A DNA stretch of 64,000 bases from an uncultured Eubacteriales bacterium (GCA_900314745.1 OMWK01000005.1:12696-76695); one strand, 5' to 3'. Shown: positions 17,441 through 27,989, numbered from the stretch's first letter. Numbers and translations are program-made. Notes: a model not told the origin generated them from the sequence alone.

Positions 17441-19987
17441 TTATTCAGTACCCTTAGATGCAGTCTTCCTCTTATGAGGCTTCTTCTTGGTCGTGATGAA
17501 GGTCATATCCTCATCACCTTCGTTATAGTCAATTACGATATCGACCACATCCTTGAGACTGCCGTCGAGAGTCATATCGGAGAGCTTATCCTCAATCTGC
17601 TTCCTGATGACCTTACGAAGTGGCCTCGCACCGTACTTAGGATCATATCCCTGCTTGGCAAGTCTGTTTGCAGCCCTGTCCGTGATGCTTCCGACAATGC
17701 CCTTGTCGGAAAGAACGGAGAATACTTCCTTCATCATGATATCGACGATCTGTCTGATCTCCTCAGGCTTCAATTCGCTGAATATGATGGTCTCGTCAAC
17801 ACGGTTCAGGAACTCGGGTCTGAACGTCTCCTTCAATGCGGAATTGACCTTGGACTCGAGAGCCTCCTCGGTACCGGAGAAGAATCCGATAGTCGGAGCC
17901 TTAGCGGTGTTGCCCGCATTACTTGTCATGATGATGATCGCGTTCTCGAAGTTAACGTGAACACCGTGGCTGTCCGTGAGTCTTCCCTCATCGAGCATCT
18001 GAAGCAGGAGATTAAAGACATCGGCATGTGCCTTCTCAATCTCATCGAAGAGAATAACGCAGTAAGGCTTATGTCTTACCTGCTCTGTAAGCTGGCCCGA
18101 ATCCTCGTGACCTACATATCCCGGAGGAGAACCGATCAGCTTACTTACCGAATGCGGCTCCATATATTCTGACATATCGATTCTGATTAGAGCTTCCTCT
18201 GTACCGAACATAACCTCGGTCAGAGCCTTAACAAGTTCAGTCTTACCTACACCGGTAGGACCTACGAAGATGAACGAAGCAGGCTTATGCTTCTTTGTGA
18301 AGCCGGAGCGGTTACGTCTTACAGCCTGTGCCACTGCACTTACTGCCTTGTCCTGACCTATTACTCTCTCGTGCAGCCTCTCCTCAAGGTGAATGAGCTT
18401 CTCAGATTCACTCTCGGATATGGACTTACAGGGAATGCCCGTCCACATCTCTACTACTCTCGCTATATCCTCTACAGTAATAGGATCCGGCGTTACTTCA
18501 TCCTTAAGGCTCTCGAACTCCTGCTGTGCCTTCTCTGATGCGGCACGAAGCTCGGCAACCTTGGCATAGAACTGCTCTCGCTCGGAGAGTGTCAGTCCTT
18601 CCATCTTCTCGACCATAGCCGAGTATTCCTTGGTGGACTTGTTATATGCCTCTTCAGCCTTCTTAAGCTTAACGAGCTTGATGTTATCGAGATTGGCACG
18701 TGAGCCCGCCTCATCGATCAGGTCGATCGCCTTATCTGGCAGATAGCGGTCCGTGATATACCTCTTGGATGCCTGTACTGAGAACTTGATTACCTCGGGT
18801 GAATAAGTGACGTTATGATGCTTCTCATAGTAATCCTTGATTCCCATAAGGATATCAACAGCCACCTCTTCGGAAGGCTCGTTAACGACAACCTTCTGGA
18901 ATCTTCTCTCAAGCGCGGAATCCTTCTCGATCTTCTTGTACTCAGCCGTTGTCGTGGAACCGATGATCCTGAGTTCACCACGCGCAAGCGCAGGCTTCAG
19001 AATGTTGGCTGCATTAGTCGAGCCCTCGGAATCTCCCGCGCCCATGATTGTATGAAGCTCATCGATAACGAGAATAATATTCTCCTCTCTTATGGCCTCG
19101 TTGATGACACCCTTGATACGGTTCTCGAACATACCTCGGAACTGAGTACCTGCTACCATTGCAGGAAGATCAAGCTGCCAGATCTGCATATTCTGCAGCT
19201 TCTCGGGCACCGTACCGTCTACGATCTTATTCGCAAGGCCCTGGGCTATCGCAGTCTTACCTACACCCGGCTCACCGATAAGAACGGGATTATTCTTGGT
19301 TCTTCTGTTGAGAATCTGAACGACACGGTCTATCTCGGTATCTCTTCCAAGGATCCTGTCGATCTTCCCCTCCTTCGCGCGCTCCGTAAGGTTCGTTCCG
19401 AACTCATTAAGGAACTTAAGTCTCCTCTTGGAATTCTTATCCCTGGAACGAGCCTTCTTGCCTCCTGCGGCATCGTCACCGGAAGCCTCCTCTTCCCCGT
19501 TCTTGTTCCCGCCGAAAAGCGAATCCATAAAACTGCTTATCGGATTATTACCGGGTCTTGTACCGTAACTGTCCTCGGCGGGGATGTCCGAATCCTTACC
19601 GATATCGGCGACTCCCACATTATTCTGGTCGTCATCGATGAAATCCATCGAATCATCAACTTCCTCGAACGAATCACCAGGCTCGTCAAAATCATATCCG
19701 CCGTCGACTCCGTCGAAGCCGTCAAAATTCTCACCCGTGAGTGCCTTAAGGAAGTCCGCAGGATTTGTAGCATTACCGGTCTTGCCGATGATATTCTCCA
19801 CTCTGTCGCTCATCTCATCGATGTTGTCGGCATTGATTCCCGCTGCCGCGAACATATCGCTGATTCCGGCAAATCCGGACTCATAAGCGCACTTCATGCA
19901 ATATCCGTCATCTATTCGTCTGCCGTTCTCATAACGGCTGGTGAACACTATTGCCTGCCTCTTCTTACATACTGAACATAATGGCAT
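17441..19987 (-). CDS. clpC: ATP-dependent Clp protease ATP-binding subunit (ClpC/ClpE-like) with N-terminal CxxC...CxxC domain
   Basis: Two AAA modules: GEPGVGKT/IILVIDE and GPTGVGKT/VILFDE; coiled-coil middle domain; IGF ClpP-docking loop; N-terminal CSVC...CMKC instead of Clp_N repeats. Confidence 0.88.
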   Translation of the reverse strand: MPLCSVCKKRQAIVFTSRYENGRRIDDGYCMKCAYESGFAGISDMFAAAGINADNIDEMSDRVENIIGKTGNATNPADFLKALTGENFDGFDGVDGGYDFDEPGDSFEEVDDSMDFIDDDQNNVGVADIGKDSDIPAEDSYGTRPGNNPISSFMDSLFGGNKNGEEEASGDDAAGGKKARSRDKNSKRRLKFLNEFGTNLTERAKEGKIDRILGRDTEIDRVVQILNRRTKNNPVLIGEPGVGKTAIAQGLANKIVDGTVPEKLQNMQIWQLDLPAMVAGTQFRGMFENRIKGVINEAIREENIILVIDELHTIMGAGDSEGSTNAANILKPALARGELRIIGSTTTAEYKKIEKDSALERRFQKVVVNEPSEEVAVDILMGIKDYYEKHHNVTYSPEVIKFSVQASKRYITDRYLPDKAIDLIDEAGSRANLDNIKLVKLKKAEEAYNKSTKEYSAMVEKMEGLTLSEREQFYAKVAELRAASEKAQQEFESLKDEVTPDPITVEDIARVVEMWTGIPCKSISESESEKLIHLEERLHERVIGQDKAVSAVAQAVRRNRSGFTKKHKPASFIFVGPTGVGKTELVKALTEVMFGTEEALIRIDMSEYMEPHSVSKLIGSPPGYVGHEDSGQLTEQVRHKPYCVILFDEIEKAHADVFNLLLQMLDEGRLTDSHGVHVNFENAIIIMTSNAGNTAKAPTIGFFSGTEEALESKVNSALKETFRPEFLNRVDETIIFSELKPEEIRQIVDIMMKEVFSVLSDKGIVGSITDRAANRLAKQGYDPKYGARPLRKVIRKQIEDKLSDMTLDGSLKDVVDIVIDYNEGDEDMTFITTKKKPHKRKTASKGTE

Positions 19988-20024
19988 AATCTTATCCTCT
20001 TTCCTTTATCCTTATTCCTTATGT

Positions 20025-23000
20025 TTATTCCTTAACTTTCCTTCGAACCTTCGGTCCGGTCGATATCTCCAGAGCTTCAAGTTCAAGCTTATCAACATCT
20101 ATGAACGCCGACAAGTCAGCGTACTGTCCATTCTTCTTAGCCTTCTCGAGCAAAGGCTTAATGAACTGACCCGTGTATGAACCCTTAACCTTGGCAACCT
20201 GCTCCGGTGTGCCCTTAGCGACTATTGTACCGCCTTCATCGCCGCTCTCGGGTCCCAGATCAATGATATAATCCGCAGTCTTGATAACATCCAGATTATG
20301 CTCGATGACCAGCACGGTATTGTTATTTTCCGTAAGCCTCTCAAGGATGTCAACCAATTTATGCACATCCGCCACATGAAGTCCCGTCGTAGGCTCATCC
20401 AGGACATACAGAGTCTTACCGGTCGACCTTCTCGAGAGCTCTGATGCGAGCTTGACTCGCTGAGCCTCTCCTCCGGAGAGTTCCGTTGAGGGCTGACCCA
20501 ATTTAATATACCCCAGACCAACTTCCTTAAGTGTCCTTACTTTGCGGTAAATATTAGGCACGGAAGCGAAGAACTCACAGGCCTCATCAACCGACATATC
20601 GAGCACATCAGCTATGTTCTTGCCCTTGTATTTAACCTCGAGCGTCTCCCTGTTGTATCTTCTTCCCTTACATACATCACACTTAACATAGACATCGGCA
20701 AGGAAATGCATCTCGATCTTATTGACACCGTCACCGTTACAGGCTTCGCATCTTCCGCCCTTGACGTTGAAGCTAAATCTTCCGTTCTTATAACCTCTCA
20801 TCTTGGCGTCGGGCGTATTCGCATAAAGTGCCCTTATGAGATCGAACACGCCTATGTATGTGGCAGGATTGCTTCGCGGAGTTCTGCCGATAGGAGACTG
20901 GTCGATTACAATGAGCTTATCAAGCTTGCTGTATCCCTTTATCGATTCGCACTTTACCTTCTTCTTACGCGCTCCGTTAAGCTCGTGCTGAAGAACGGGA
21001 ACCAGAGTTGAATTGATAAGAGATGACTTACCTGATCCGGACACGCCCGTAATGCACGTAAATACTCCGAGAGGGATATCCACATCTATGTTCTTAAGGT
21101 TATTGACCGAAGCGCCCTTAATGCTAAGAACATTCTCAGGGTCAAAAGGCCTTCTGTTCTTAGGCACGGGGATGAACTTCTTACCGCTTAGGTACTGACC
21201 TGTTATGGATTCAGGCACCTTGGATATCTCATCCGCAGTTCCCTGTGCAACCACCTGTCCTCCGAGCATTCCTGCTCCGGGGCCGATGTCGACAATGTGA
21301 TCTGCCGCTCTCATCGTATCCTCATCGTGCTCAACAACTATAACGGAATTGCCAAGATCCCTTAACTTGAACAGCGTACCGAGGAGCTTCTCATTGTCCC
21401 TCTGGTGAAGTCCGATGGAAGGCTCATCCAGAATATAGAGAACACCCTGAAGTCCGGAGCCGATCTGGGTCGCAAGCCTTATTCTCTGAGCCTCTCCGCC
21501 TGATAACGTCATGGCAGGGCGGCTTAATGTCATATACTCGAGTCCTACGTCAGACAGGAACTGAAGTCTGGCTCTTATCTCCCTCAGAATGGGATCCGCA
21601 ATAGTGGCATTTCTCTTGCTGAACGTAAGCTTGGAGAAGAACTTCAGTTCATCCTTAACGGACTTGTTCGTAAGTTCACTGATATTAGTCTTATTGATAT
21701 AGATGGACAGACTCTCCTTACGAAGTCTCGCACCGCTGCAAAGAGGACAGATATCTGAACTCATGTACTGCTCGTACGAAGCCCTGGCATCCTCGCCGTA
21801 AGCCTCCTTATACCGGCGCATTATGCTGTGCGTCAGTCCTTCCCACGCTGCGTAATAATCCCCGTCCCTTCTGTATGTACTGTTCGAGGTGTCGATCTTC
21901 ATCTTCTCACCGCCGTTGCCATACATGATGATATCCTTGATCTTCTTGGGAAGCTTATTATAAGGAGTATCGAGTGAGAAATTATATTTCTCGGACAAAG
22001 CTACAATGAAGCCCCTGCCCCAGCTCTTGGTATCATTGAAATTCCAGCCGCCTGCAGTTATGGCGCCTTCATTCAAGGACAGCTTGGGATCGTTGATGCA
22101 AAGGTCGGGATCAACCCTGATAAGCGAACCGATGCCCGAACACTCAGGACATGCTCCGTATGCATTATTAAACGAGAAGCTTCTCGGAGTTATCTCACCG
22201 TAAGATATGCCACAGTCAGGGCACGACAGATTCTGGGAGAACATCTCCTCCGATACTTCATATGTCTTCTCACCCGTCGCTTCGTCCTCAGAAGTCAGGA
22301 CCTGCGCCTCAACAACGAGAAGTCCGTCCGTAAGCTTAAGTGCCGTCTCACACGAATCGTACAGTCTGGTCGTATTCGAATCCCTCAATACCAGTCTGTC
22401 TATTACTACTTCTATATTGTGCTTAACATTCTTGTCGAGCTTGACATAGTCGATCTCTTCGCCGAGATCATACATCGATCCGTCGATTCTCGCCCTGACA
22501 TAACCCGACTTCCTGTAATCCTCGAGAAGCTTGCCGTACTCGCCCTTCTTACCCCTTACGGTAGGCGCCATTACGATAAGCCTCGTACCCTCAGGATAGA
22601 GTTTAAGCTTATCAACTATCTGGTCTATGGACTGGGACGTAATGGGCTTGCCACACTTCCAGCATACGGGCTGGCCGACACGGGCATAAAGAAGTCTCAG
22701 ATAATCATAGATCTCGGTTACCGTTCCTACGGTAGATCTCGGGTTATGGCTGGTCGTCTTCTGGTCTATTGATATCGCAGGAGACAGACCCTCTATGCTG
22801 TCCACGTCAGGCTTCTCCATCTGTCCCAGGAACATACGGGCATAAGAAGACAGGGACTCCACATAGCGTCTCTGTCCTTCAGCATAGATCGTATCGAAAG
22901 CAATGGAACTCTTACCCGAACCCGACAGACCCGTCAAAACTACGAGTTCGTCTCTCGGTATATCGAGATCTATGTTCTTGAGGTTATTCTCCCTCGCACC

Positions 23001-23030
23001 GTGTATCCTTATATACTTATATTCTTTCAT
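20025..23030 (-). CDS. uvrA: Excinuclease ABC subunit A
   Basis: [36 protein letters not shown] twice, zinc-finger CxxC pairs. Start placed at ATG 23030; the track starts at TTG 23042. Confidence 0.97.
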   Translation of the reverse strand: MKEYKYIRIHGARENNLKNIDLDIPRDELVVLTGLSGSGKSSIAFDTIYAEGQRRYVESLSSYARMFLGQMEKPDVDSIEGLSPAISIDQKTTSHNPRSTVGTVTEIYDYLRLLYARVGQPVCWKCGKPITSQSIDQIVDKLKLYPEGTRLIVMAPTVRGKKGEYGKLLEDYRKSGYVRARIDGSMYDLGEEIDYVKLDKNVKHNIEVVIDRLVLRDSNTTRLYDSCETALKLTDGLLVVEAQVLTSEDEATGEKTYEVSEEMFSQNLSCPDCGISYGEITPRSFSFNNAYGACPECSGIGSLIRVDPDLCINDPKLSLNEGAITAGGWNFNDTKSWGRGFIVALSEKYNFSLDTPYNKLPKKIKDIIMYGNGGEKMKIDTSNSTYRRDGDYYAAWEGLTHSIMRRYKEAYGEDARASYEQYMSSDICPLCSGARLRKESLSIYINKTNISELTNKSVKDELKFFSKLTFSKRNATIADPILREIRARLQFLSDVGLEYMTLSRPAMTLSGGEAQRIRLATQIGSGLQGVLYILDEPSIGLHQRDNEKLLGTLFKLRDLGNSVIVVEHDEDTMRAADHIVDIGPGAGMLGGQVVAQGTADEISKVPESITGQYLSGKKFIPVPKNRRPFDPENVLSIKGASVNNLKNIDVDIPLGVFTCITGVSGSGKSSLINSTLVPVLQHELNGARKKKVKCESIKGYSKLDKLIVIDQSPIGRTPRSNPATYIGVFDLIRALYANTPDAKMRGYKNGRFSFNVKGGRCEACNGDGVNKIEMHFLADVYVKCDVCKGRRYNRETLEVKYKGKNIADVLDMSVDEACEFFASVPNIYRKVRTLKEVGLGYIKLGQPSTELSGGEAQRVKLASELSRRSTGKTLYVLDEPTTGLHVADVHKLVDILERLTENNNTVLVIEHNLDVIKTADYIIDLGPESGDEGGTIVAKGTPEQVAKVKGSYTGQFIKPLLEKAKKNGQYADLSAFIDVDKLELEALEISTGPKVRRKVKE

Positions 23031-23043
23031 CAATCGCACCAAT

Positions 23044-23057
23044 AGAATATTTGTTCG
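23044..23057 (-). promoter_or_regulatory. Putative LexA (SOS/Cheo) box upstream of uvrA
   Basis: Minus strand CGAACAAATATTCT versus the Firmicutes consensus GAAC-N4-GTTC (one mismatch), between a TG-extended -10 (TAAACT) and the start codon. Confidence 0.6.
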
Positions 23058-23125
23058 TTTTTCTCAAGTAAGCATAGTTTACCACAGAAAGACGGCTTTG
23101 TCTTTCTTCTTATTATTAAAATATG

Positions 23126-23605
23126 TCAAATTTTGGATTTGAATACGTAGTAAACAGCCAGTGCGATTCCCGCCATGATAATAAGGAACAGTATTCCTCC
23201 TATCGCATCGGATATCCCCATCTTGTCATCATAGACGTACTTGGTGCAGTTGTCGGCAGGGTCTTCAGGGTTATAGCGGATCTTCTGCTGTTTTCTTTCC
23301 CAAAAGGCACCTGATCCCTCGCCTTCATTCCTGTAGATCTTACCGTCTTCAGCCTCGAACTCGTACGTAATGATGCACTTTAAGTCGTAATCCTCACCTT
23401 CTTTGGTGTGTCTTACATTCTTCTTCACCATTCTACGGCTCAGGACAGTACCGACAGCAACGCCCGTCATCTTCGCATAACGCTCGCGCATACTCTTCCT
23501 CTTAGCAGCATTCTTAACCGAAGACGCGACAGCAAAGAGAATTATCAGCACTAGGCTTAGGACAAGAACCCCTATCCACATATACATATTCGTATCCATA
23601 TCCAT
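23126..23605 (-). CDS. DUF3592-like two-TM membrane protein
   Basis: GGAGG RBS before ATG 23605; TM, then beta-rich domain ([14 protein letters not shown]...IRYNPEDP), then TM. Confidence 0.75.
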   Translation of the reverse strand: MDMDTNMYMWIGVLVLSLVLIILFAVASSVKNAAKRKSMRERYAKMTGVAVGTVLSRRMVKKNVRHTKEGEDYDLKCIITYEFEAEDGKIYRNEGEGSGAFWERKQQKIRYNPEDPADNCTKYVYDDKMGISDAIGGILFLIIMAGIALAVYYVFKSKI

Positions 23606-23639
23606 AATCCATCCCTCCAAATTAAATATATTATACTCC

Positions 23640-23668
23640 TTGCCTTTTCGAAAATGCTGTGATATTAT
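23640..23668 (+). promoter_or_regulatory. Sigma-A promoter of tRNA-Glu
   Basis: TTGCCT-17 nt-TATTAT with a TG extension. Confidence 0.55.
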
Positions 23669-23709
23669 ACTCGAGCGTTTCGTCTTGCGCATTACATTCG
23701 CTTATAGAT

Positions 23710-23784
23710 GGCCCCATGGTCAAGCGGTTAAGACGGCGCCCTCTCAAGGCGCAATCACGAGTTCGATTCTCGTTGGGGTCACCA
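23710..23784 (+). tRNA. tRNA-Glu (CTC), CCA encoded
   Basis: GGCCCCATGGTCAAGCGGTTAAGACGGCGCCCTCTCAAGGCGCAATCACGAGTTCGATTCTCGTTGGGGTCACCA. Confidence 0.97.
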
Positions 23785-23789
23785 CTTAT

Positions 23790-23820
23790 AAACCCGGTTC
23801 ACTCGAACCGGGTTTTCTTT
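23790..23820. terminator. Intrinsic, probably bidirectional, terminator after tRNA-Glu
   Basis: AAACCCGGTTC-ACTC-GAACCGGGTTT followed by TCTTTTGTTTT. Confidence 0.85.
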
Positions 23821-23823
23821 TGT

Positions 23824-23836
23824 TTTATAAACCACG
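23824..23836 (+). repeat. Left arm of a perfect 13-bp inverted repeat bracketing the serine hydrolase gene
   Basis: TTTATAAACCACG; exact reverse complement at 25767-25779. Confidence 0.85.
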
Positions 23837-23863
23837 ACCTGCGCAGCATCGACGAATTACACT

Positions 23864-25711
23864 TTAAACGTTCCAGAATCTCATTAATTCAAATACAACC
23901 ATTGCCGCTGCAAAAGATACGTTGCCGAATACGTTTACTATGTACTTAAACTTACCCTTGCCGCCCTTGGTGAGAGCTTTGACGGATACAAATGCTGACG
24001 CGAGACACACTGCAAAGCAAAGAATCTGCACGAAGCAGCCAATGACGCCCTGCATCTTATAAAGTCCGTACTGTTCATTCAGCACACTGAGCCAGAAACC
24101 GATGACACCGGCAGAGACGATCTTCGCGATCTGCGCTGCCGTAATGATCTTTGAACCTTCATAGGGCTTATTCTTCCCGGCAATTACTTTTATGAGCTTG
24201 ATGATAAGAAGCACGGCTGCAGCAAGTACGATCAACACATAAAGACACATCAAAATAAGCTCAGCCGCCAGCCCCTTCTCGGTAACATAACCGGAAGACG
24301 CGATATCGAATACGCGTGTGCCGTCATCGAGAACCTTATACTCAGCCGCCATTCCGAGCGAATCATCCTGTAAGTAAAAAGCATCCTCGGCAAATCTTGT
24401 AATGGTATACATGCCTGCGACATCGTACTCATCTTCGCTTACTCGCGTGATCGGCATGAGTCCCAACATCGACATGAATCTCAGAGGACCGCGTCTCCAC
24501 GACCTCGCACTGATGCACAGCCCCGACAGATCCTGCGAAGAAAGGTCACCGCATGTTGTCTCCGGTATCTGAATGACAGGATCACCGAACACGAGCTGAT
24601 CCATGGCTTGATGAGGCTTACCGCTGCCGTTCATAAGAGTAACAACACCGATGCCGCTTACGGGATCGAATTCAAGGTTAGCGGAGCCGCCGTTGGTTCC
24701 CCCGTTGTGGCCCAATGTGGATGCATATTCATAATCGGCAAGCCAGAAACCGTGACAGCAGGAAGCAATATCAGTACTGCCGCAGAACATCGTGGCAGAG
24801 AACAACTCATCTCTTGTGGACTCGTTCTCGAACAGAGGATTCTCGTCTGACACAAGAGCGGAACAGTATAGTGCCATATCCTCGATCGTACCGCAGGCAG
24901 CACCTGCAGGATACGGCTGGATGAAGCAAAGCTGATGACCGTTAGCTACCCAGGAATCACCGGCTCGCTGATAATTCACGAACTGCTGTCTTCTCTCGTA
25001 AACCCACTCGTTATCGTTATGTGCCGGTGCGATGGCAGTGTGCTCCATGCCGAGCACATCGAAGATATGCTCATGTACATAATCCTCATAAGACTGGCCT
25101 GTGATGCACTCGACTACATAGCCTGCGAGTGCCGCACCATAGTTGCTGTAGGAAGCAACCTCGCCCGGGCGGTACATCTGTACCGGCTCTGAATACTGCA
25201 AAGCTTCCCCCAGATCCATGATGTCATTCTCATCTGTGACCTGCATTGCCCATGTCGACTCACCCCAGCCGGCATTGTGGTTCATGAGATTCAACATGGT
25301 GATGGGATCGTCATATCTTAAGTTATGGAAGAATCCTTCAGGCAGGTAATTACGGATGTCCTCGTTAAGGTCTATCCTCCCCTGCTCCCACAACTGCATT
25401 ACGCTGACCCAGACCAATGTCTTGGAGCAGGAACCCCACTCATAAACAGTGTCATCAGGTGTCGCCTCAATCCCGTTCCCAATGTCGATATATCCGAACG
25501 CCCCCGAATAGACCAGTTCACCGCCGTTTACAACTGCAACTGCGAATGACGGATACTCGTTCTCATTCTCTGAAGCCCACTGTTCGATCCGACTTCCTAC
25601 TTCGTCGATCGGGATACCCGAAGGCGTCTCGTTCCGGGCTGCCATTACCGCAGTGGACATACCTGCGAGCACCGCGGCTGTCGTTAAACCTGCAATGATC
25701 TTCTTAAGCAT
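23864..25711 (-). CDS. Secreted, C-terminally membrane-anchored serine hydrolase (beta-lactamase/PBP-like family)
   Basis: Signal peptide; SxxK (WGSCSKT), YxN (YSNY), HNGG; about four C-terminal TM helices; AAGGAGG RBS. Confidence 0.9.
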   Translation of the reverse strand: MLKKIIAGLTTAAVLAGMSTAVMAARNETPSGIPIDEVGSRIEQWASENENEYPSFAVAVVNGGELVYSGAFGYIDIGNGIEATPDDTVYEWGSCSKTLVWVSVMQLWEQGRIDLNEDIRNYLPEGFFHNLRYDDPITMLNLMNHNAGWGESTWAMQVTDENDIMDLGEALQYSEPVQMYRPGEVASYSNYGAALAGYVVECITGQSYEDYVHEHIFDVLGMEHTAIAPAHNDNEWVYERRQQFVNYQRAGDSWVANGHQLCFIQPYPAGAACGTIEDMALYCSALVSDENPLFENESTRDELFSATMFCGSTDIASCCHGFWLADYEYASTLGHNGGTNGGSANLEFDPVSGIGVVTLMNGSGKPHQAMDQLVFGDPVIQIPETTCGDLSSQDLSGLCISARSWRRGPLRFMSMLGLMPITRVSEDEYDVAGMYTITRFAEDAFYLQDDSLGMAAEYKVLDDGTRVFDIASSGYVTEKGLAAELILMCLYVLIVLAAAVLLIIKLIKVIAGKNKPYEGSKIITAAQIAKIVSAGVIGFWLSVLNEQYGLYKMQGVIGCFVQILCFAVCLASAFVSVKALTKGGKGKFKYIVNVFGNVSFAAAMVVFELMRFWNV

Positions 25712-25736
25712 ATCTATACCTCCTTAGACGATATAC

Positions 25737-25766
25737 ATCATAACACGAGGTATAATTTTCTGTCAA
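25737..25766 (-). promoter_or_regulatory. Sigma-A promoter of the serine hydrolase, immediately inside the right inverted repeat
   Basis: TTGACA-18 nt-TATGAT; the -35 overlaps the TGA stop of the upstream gene. Confidence 0.7.
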
Positions 25767-26212
25767 CGTGGTTTATAAATATCCTGCTGTTTATTCTTGA
25801 ATCTTGTAAGGTCCTCGTTCATCTGATCGGCGGCCTTCTTGTCAAGGAACCATCCTATTATGACTACGCCGGCGTAGATGATGACCACGCTGATTGCAAC
25901 AGACACGGCTGTCACAACAAGGTTGCGGTCGACCGGATGTCCTCCGAACATGAAGGCAAGTATCAGGACGACCGTCATCAGCATCTGCACGGCATTCTTA
26001 ACCAAAGTCTGCTTTACGCTAAGCTCCTTCCCGTCCCGTGTTATGAGTGCTGGAATGGTACCTATAACCCCGTAGATCAGAGGATACATGAATACTTCAT
26101 AGCCGAACTTCTGTTCAGGCCTTAAGAGGAGACCCAGAACGAGCATCGCGGCATTGATCAGAGCAACGCTTATGAAGAAGTTTCCGAGCATGTTTTTAAG
26201 CTTGTCCTTCAC
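25763..26212 (-). CDS. Four-TM membrane protein (DUF3021-like), probable LytTR regulatory system inhibitor
   Basis: Four hydrophobic segments and the tail ADQMNEDLTRFK; ATGA-type overlap with the LytTR gene. Confidence 0.78.
   Translation of the reverse strand: MKDKLKNMLGNFFISVALINAAMLVLGLLLRPEQKFGYEVFMYPLIYGVIGTIPALITRDGKELSVKQTLVKNAVQMLMTVVLILAFMFGGHPVDRNLVVTAVSVAISVVIIYAGVVIIGWFLDKKAADQMNEDLTRFKNKQQDIYKPR
25767..25779 (-). repeat. Right arm of the 13-bp inverted repeat
   Basis: CGTGGTTTATAAA; lies within the last codons (IYKPR) of the upstream membrane protein. Confidence 0.85.
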
Positions 26213-26658
26213 CTTCTGTCACCTCTTAGTTTCTCTTTCATATCAGGCACGTATTTACGTGAGACAATAACGTCCTCACCGTTACTAAGCCGGCATAGGA
26301 AACGTCCGTTAAGTGCAGGGCGTATCTGCTCTATCTTCATCAGGTTCACCAACACCTGCTTGGAGATCCTTAAGTAATTCTCGGCGGGCAGCATATCCTC
26401 GAACTCATAAAGTCTTCTGCGTGACTCATAGCAGTCGTTATCAAGATAGATAAAGCACCTGTCATCCACGGCTTCAACATAGAGTATGTCGGACAAAGCG
26501 ATACGGTACTGTTTCTCGTCCTTGTACGCCTCCACATGTCCGTCCCTAAGCTTTATGAAACGCACGATCTCATTCACGCGCTCATTCACACGCCAGCATC
26601 CGATCTCAATGTATTCCTTCTGCGAAGGATCTATGTTCTTTATGTTGATCTCCATCAA
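26209..26658 (-). CDS. Stand-alone LytTR DNA-binding regulator (no receiver domain)
   Basis: ILYVEAVDDRCFIY, YESRRRLYEFEDML, YLRISKQVLVNL, VIVSRKYV. Confidence 0.92.
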   Translation of the reverse strand: MMEINIKNIDPSQKEYIEIGCWRVNERVNEIVRFIKLRDGHVEAYKDEKQYRIALSDILYVEAVDDRCFIYLDNDCYESRRRLYEFEDMLPAENYLRISKQVLVNLMKIEQIRPALNGRFLCRLSNGEDVIVSRKYVPDMKEKLRGDRR

Positions 26659-27989
26659 AGATAGCTCTCGTTTACGGCAAACTGTCCTTCTCCTTTAAGA
26701 TAGCAGTCGAAGAAATCAAGCACGATCCGGTTCAGAGTATCCGTGCACTTCTCGTGATTCACTGTGCTTTCTGAAGTATTGAGCATTCCGGCCAGGAAGG
26801 GCGAGAACAGCGGCAGGTCCGTAAGATCCATATGTGCCGCGCCCCTGAAGTAAGTGCTGAAGCCTTCGTCTGCGTTATCAAGTATAACATTATTCGAGTA
26901 CGTATATCCCGTCTCATAAGCTTCCAAACGGCTTTGATGGTGCTCGTCGTTATCGATAGCGAGGATGGGAGTTGAATATCTTTCTTCGTTAACCTCCGGC
27001 ATTCCGTTGCTGACTCCTGTCTGCTCACCGAGCATGGTACCGTCGATGTCGATGACCGCCGAGATGTCTGCTCTTCTTCCGACAGTAACTGCCGTCGCGC
27101 CTCCGAGAGAGTGCCCCATCAGGCCGATCCTGGATGTGTCCATGAGTCTTCCCCACTCCTGCTCATAAGTCTCATTCTCCAGCTCATCTATGACAAAATT
27201 CATATCCTCTTCGCGAAGCCTCATCCATTCGGATGTGATCTCATAAACCTCTTCCTCGCTCATGTCATTATCATTTCCTCCGACATATAAAGCAGTTTGG
27301 AGAAACTCCGGATCAACGGTGATAAGCTTACCTTCAGAATCGTGAGTAAAGAATGAATGATACGGATGGTCCAGACTTGCCACTACATAACCGTGACTTG
27401 CAAGCTCCATGAATGTCGATGCATTGCTCTGATAATAACCGAATGCGCCATGTGAGAATATGACAAGAGGAAGAGAGTGACTTGCGATATCTTCATCATC
27501 GGGATAGTAGAAATGAACCGGTACTTCTCTATAGGAACCGTCATTCTCAAACTCCTCGATACGGGATTCATCTATGAGGATTATGCTGTCTTCCTTAACC
27601 TCATATTCTCCGGTCAAAGGTCTTCCGTGATAGTCGGCAAAAACGAACGCCGGTATCATATTCACAGTAAGAAGAATTACACTTATCACTGCACTCATTA
27701 CGATGGCAAACTTCTTTTTGGTCTTATTGTTCTTCCTGTATAAAACCGCGAACAGACCTGCAACAGCGATTCTTACCACAAGTATGGTAAGCAGAGCCTT
27801 AAATCTGAATCCGAGGTCGATACCCGGAAGGAAGACCATAAGAAGAAAGAGAACGAGTTCCGCAGAATCCGCCACGAACCTTCTCGGGGTCCATCTTCTT
27901 TTCGACGTGGGGCGTGTAAGCTCAAATGCCGTAAACCCGAGTTCCAGTATCAGTAATGCTGCAAGTAAAATGTATGCCATATAGTGCAC
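26655..27989 (-). CDS. Membrane-anchored alpha/beta hydrolase (PAF-acetylhydrolase/lipase-like); start may be ATG 27980
   Basis: About four N-terminal TMs; IFSHGAFG, VASLDHPY, GHSLGG, DIDG, AHMDLTD. Confidence 0.88.
   Translation of the reverse strand: MHYMAYILLAALLILELGFTAFELTRPTSKRRWTPRRFVADSAELVLFLLMVFLPGIDLGFRFKALLTILVVRIAVAGLFAVLYRKNNKTKKKFAIVMSAVISVILLTVNMIPAFVFADYHGRPLTGEYEVKEDSIILIDESRIEEFENDGSYREVPVHFYYPDDEDIASHSLPLVIFSHGAFGYYQSNASTFMELASHGYVVASLDHPYHSFFTHDSEGKLITVDPEFLQTALYVGGNDNDMSEEEVYEITSEWMRLREEDMNFVIDELENETYEQEWGRLMDTSRIGLMGHSLGGATAVTVGRRADISAVIDIDGTMLGEQTGVSNGMPEVNEERYSTPILAIDNDEHHQSRLEAYETGYTYSNNVILDNADEGFSTYFRGAAHMDLTDLPLFSPFLAGMLNTSESTVNHEKCTDTLNRIVLDFFDCYLKGEGQFAVNESYL

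Noticed and set aside
18815-19975. Long plus-strand ORFs (this 386-aa one, also 938..1795, 4552..5406, 43107..43886, 49579..50424, 57124..57852 and others)
   Set aside because: They lie fully antisense to well-supported genes, have no RBS or family motifs, and are expected shadows of the codon bias.
23864-25711. Bona fide beta-lactamase resistance gene
   Set aside because: SxxK/YxN motifs are shared by many esterases and peptidases; the length and C-terminal TM domain do not fit class A or C beta-lactamases.
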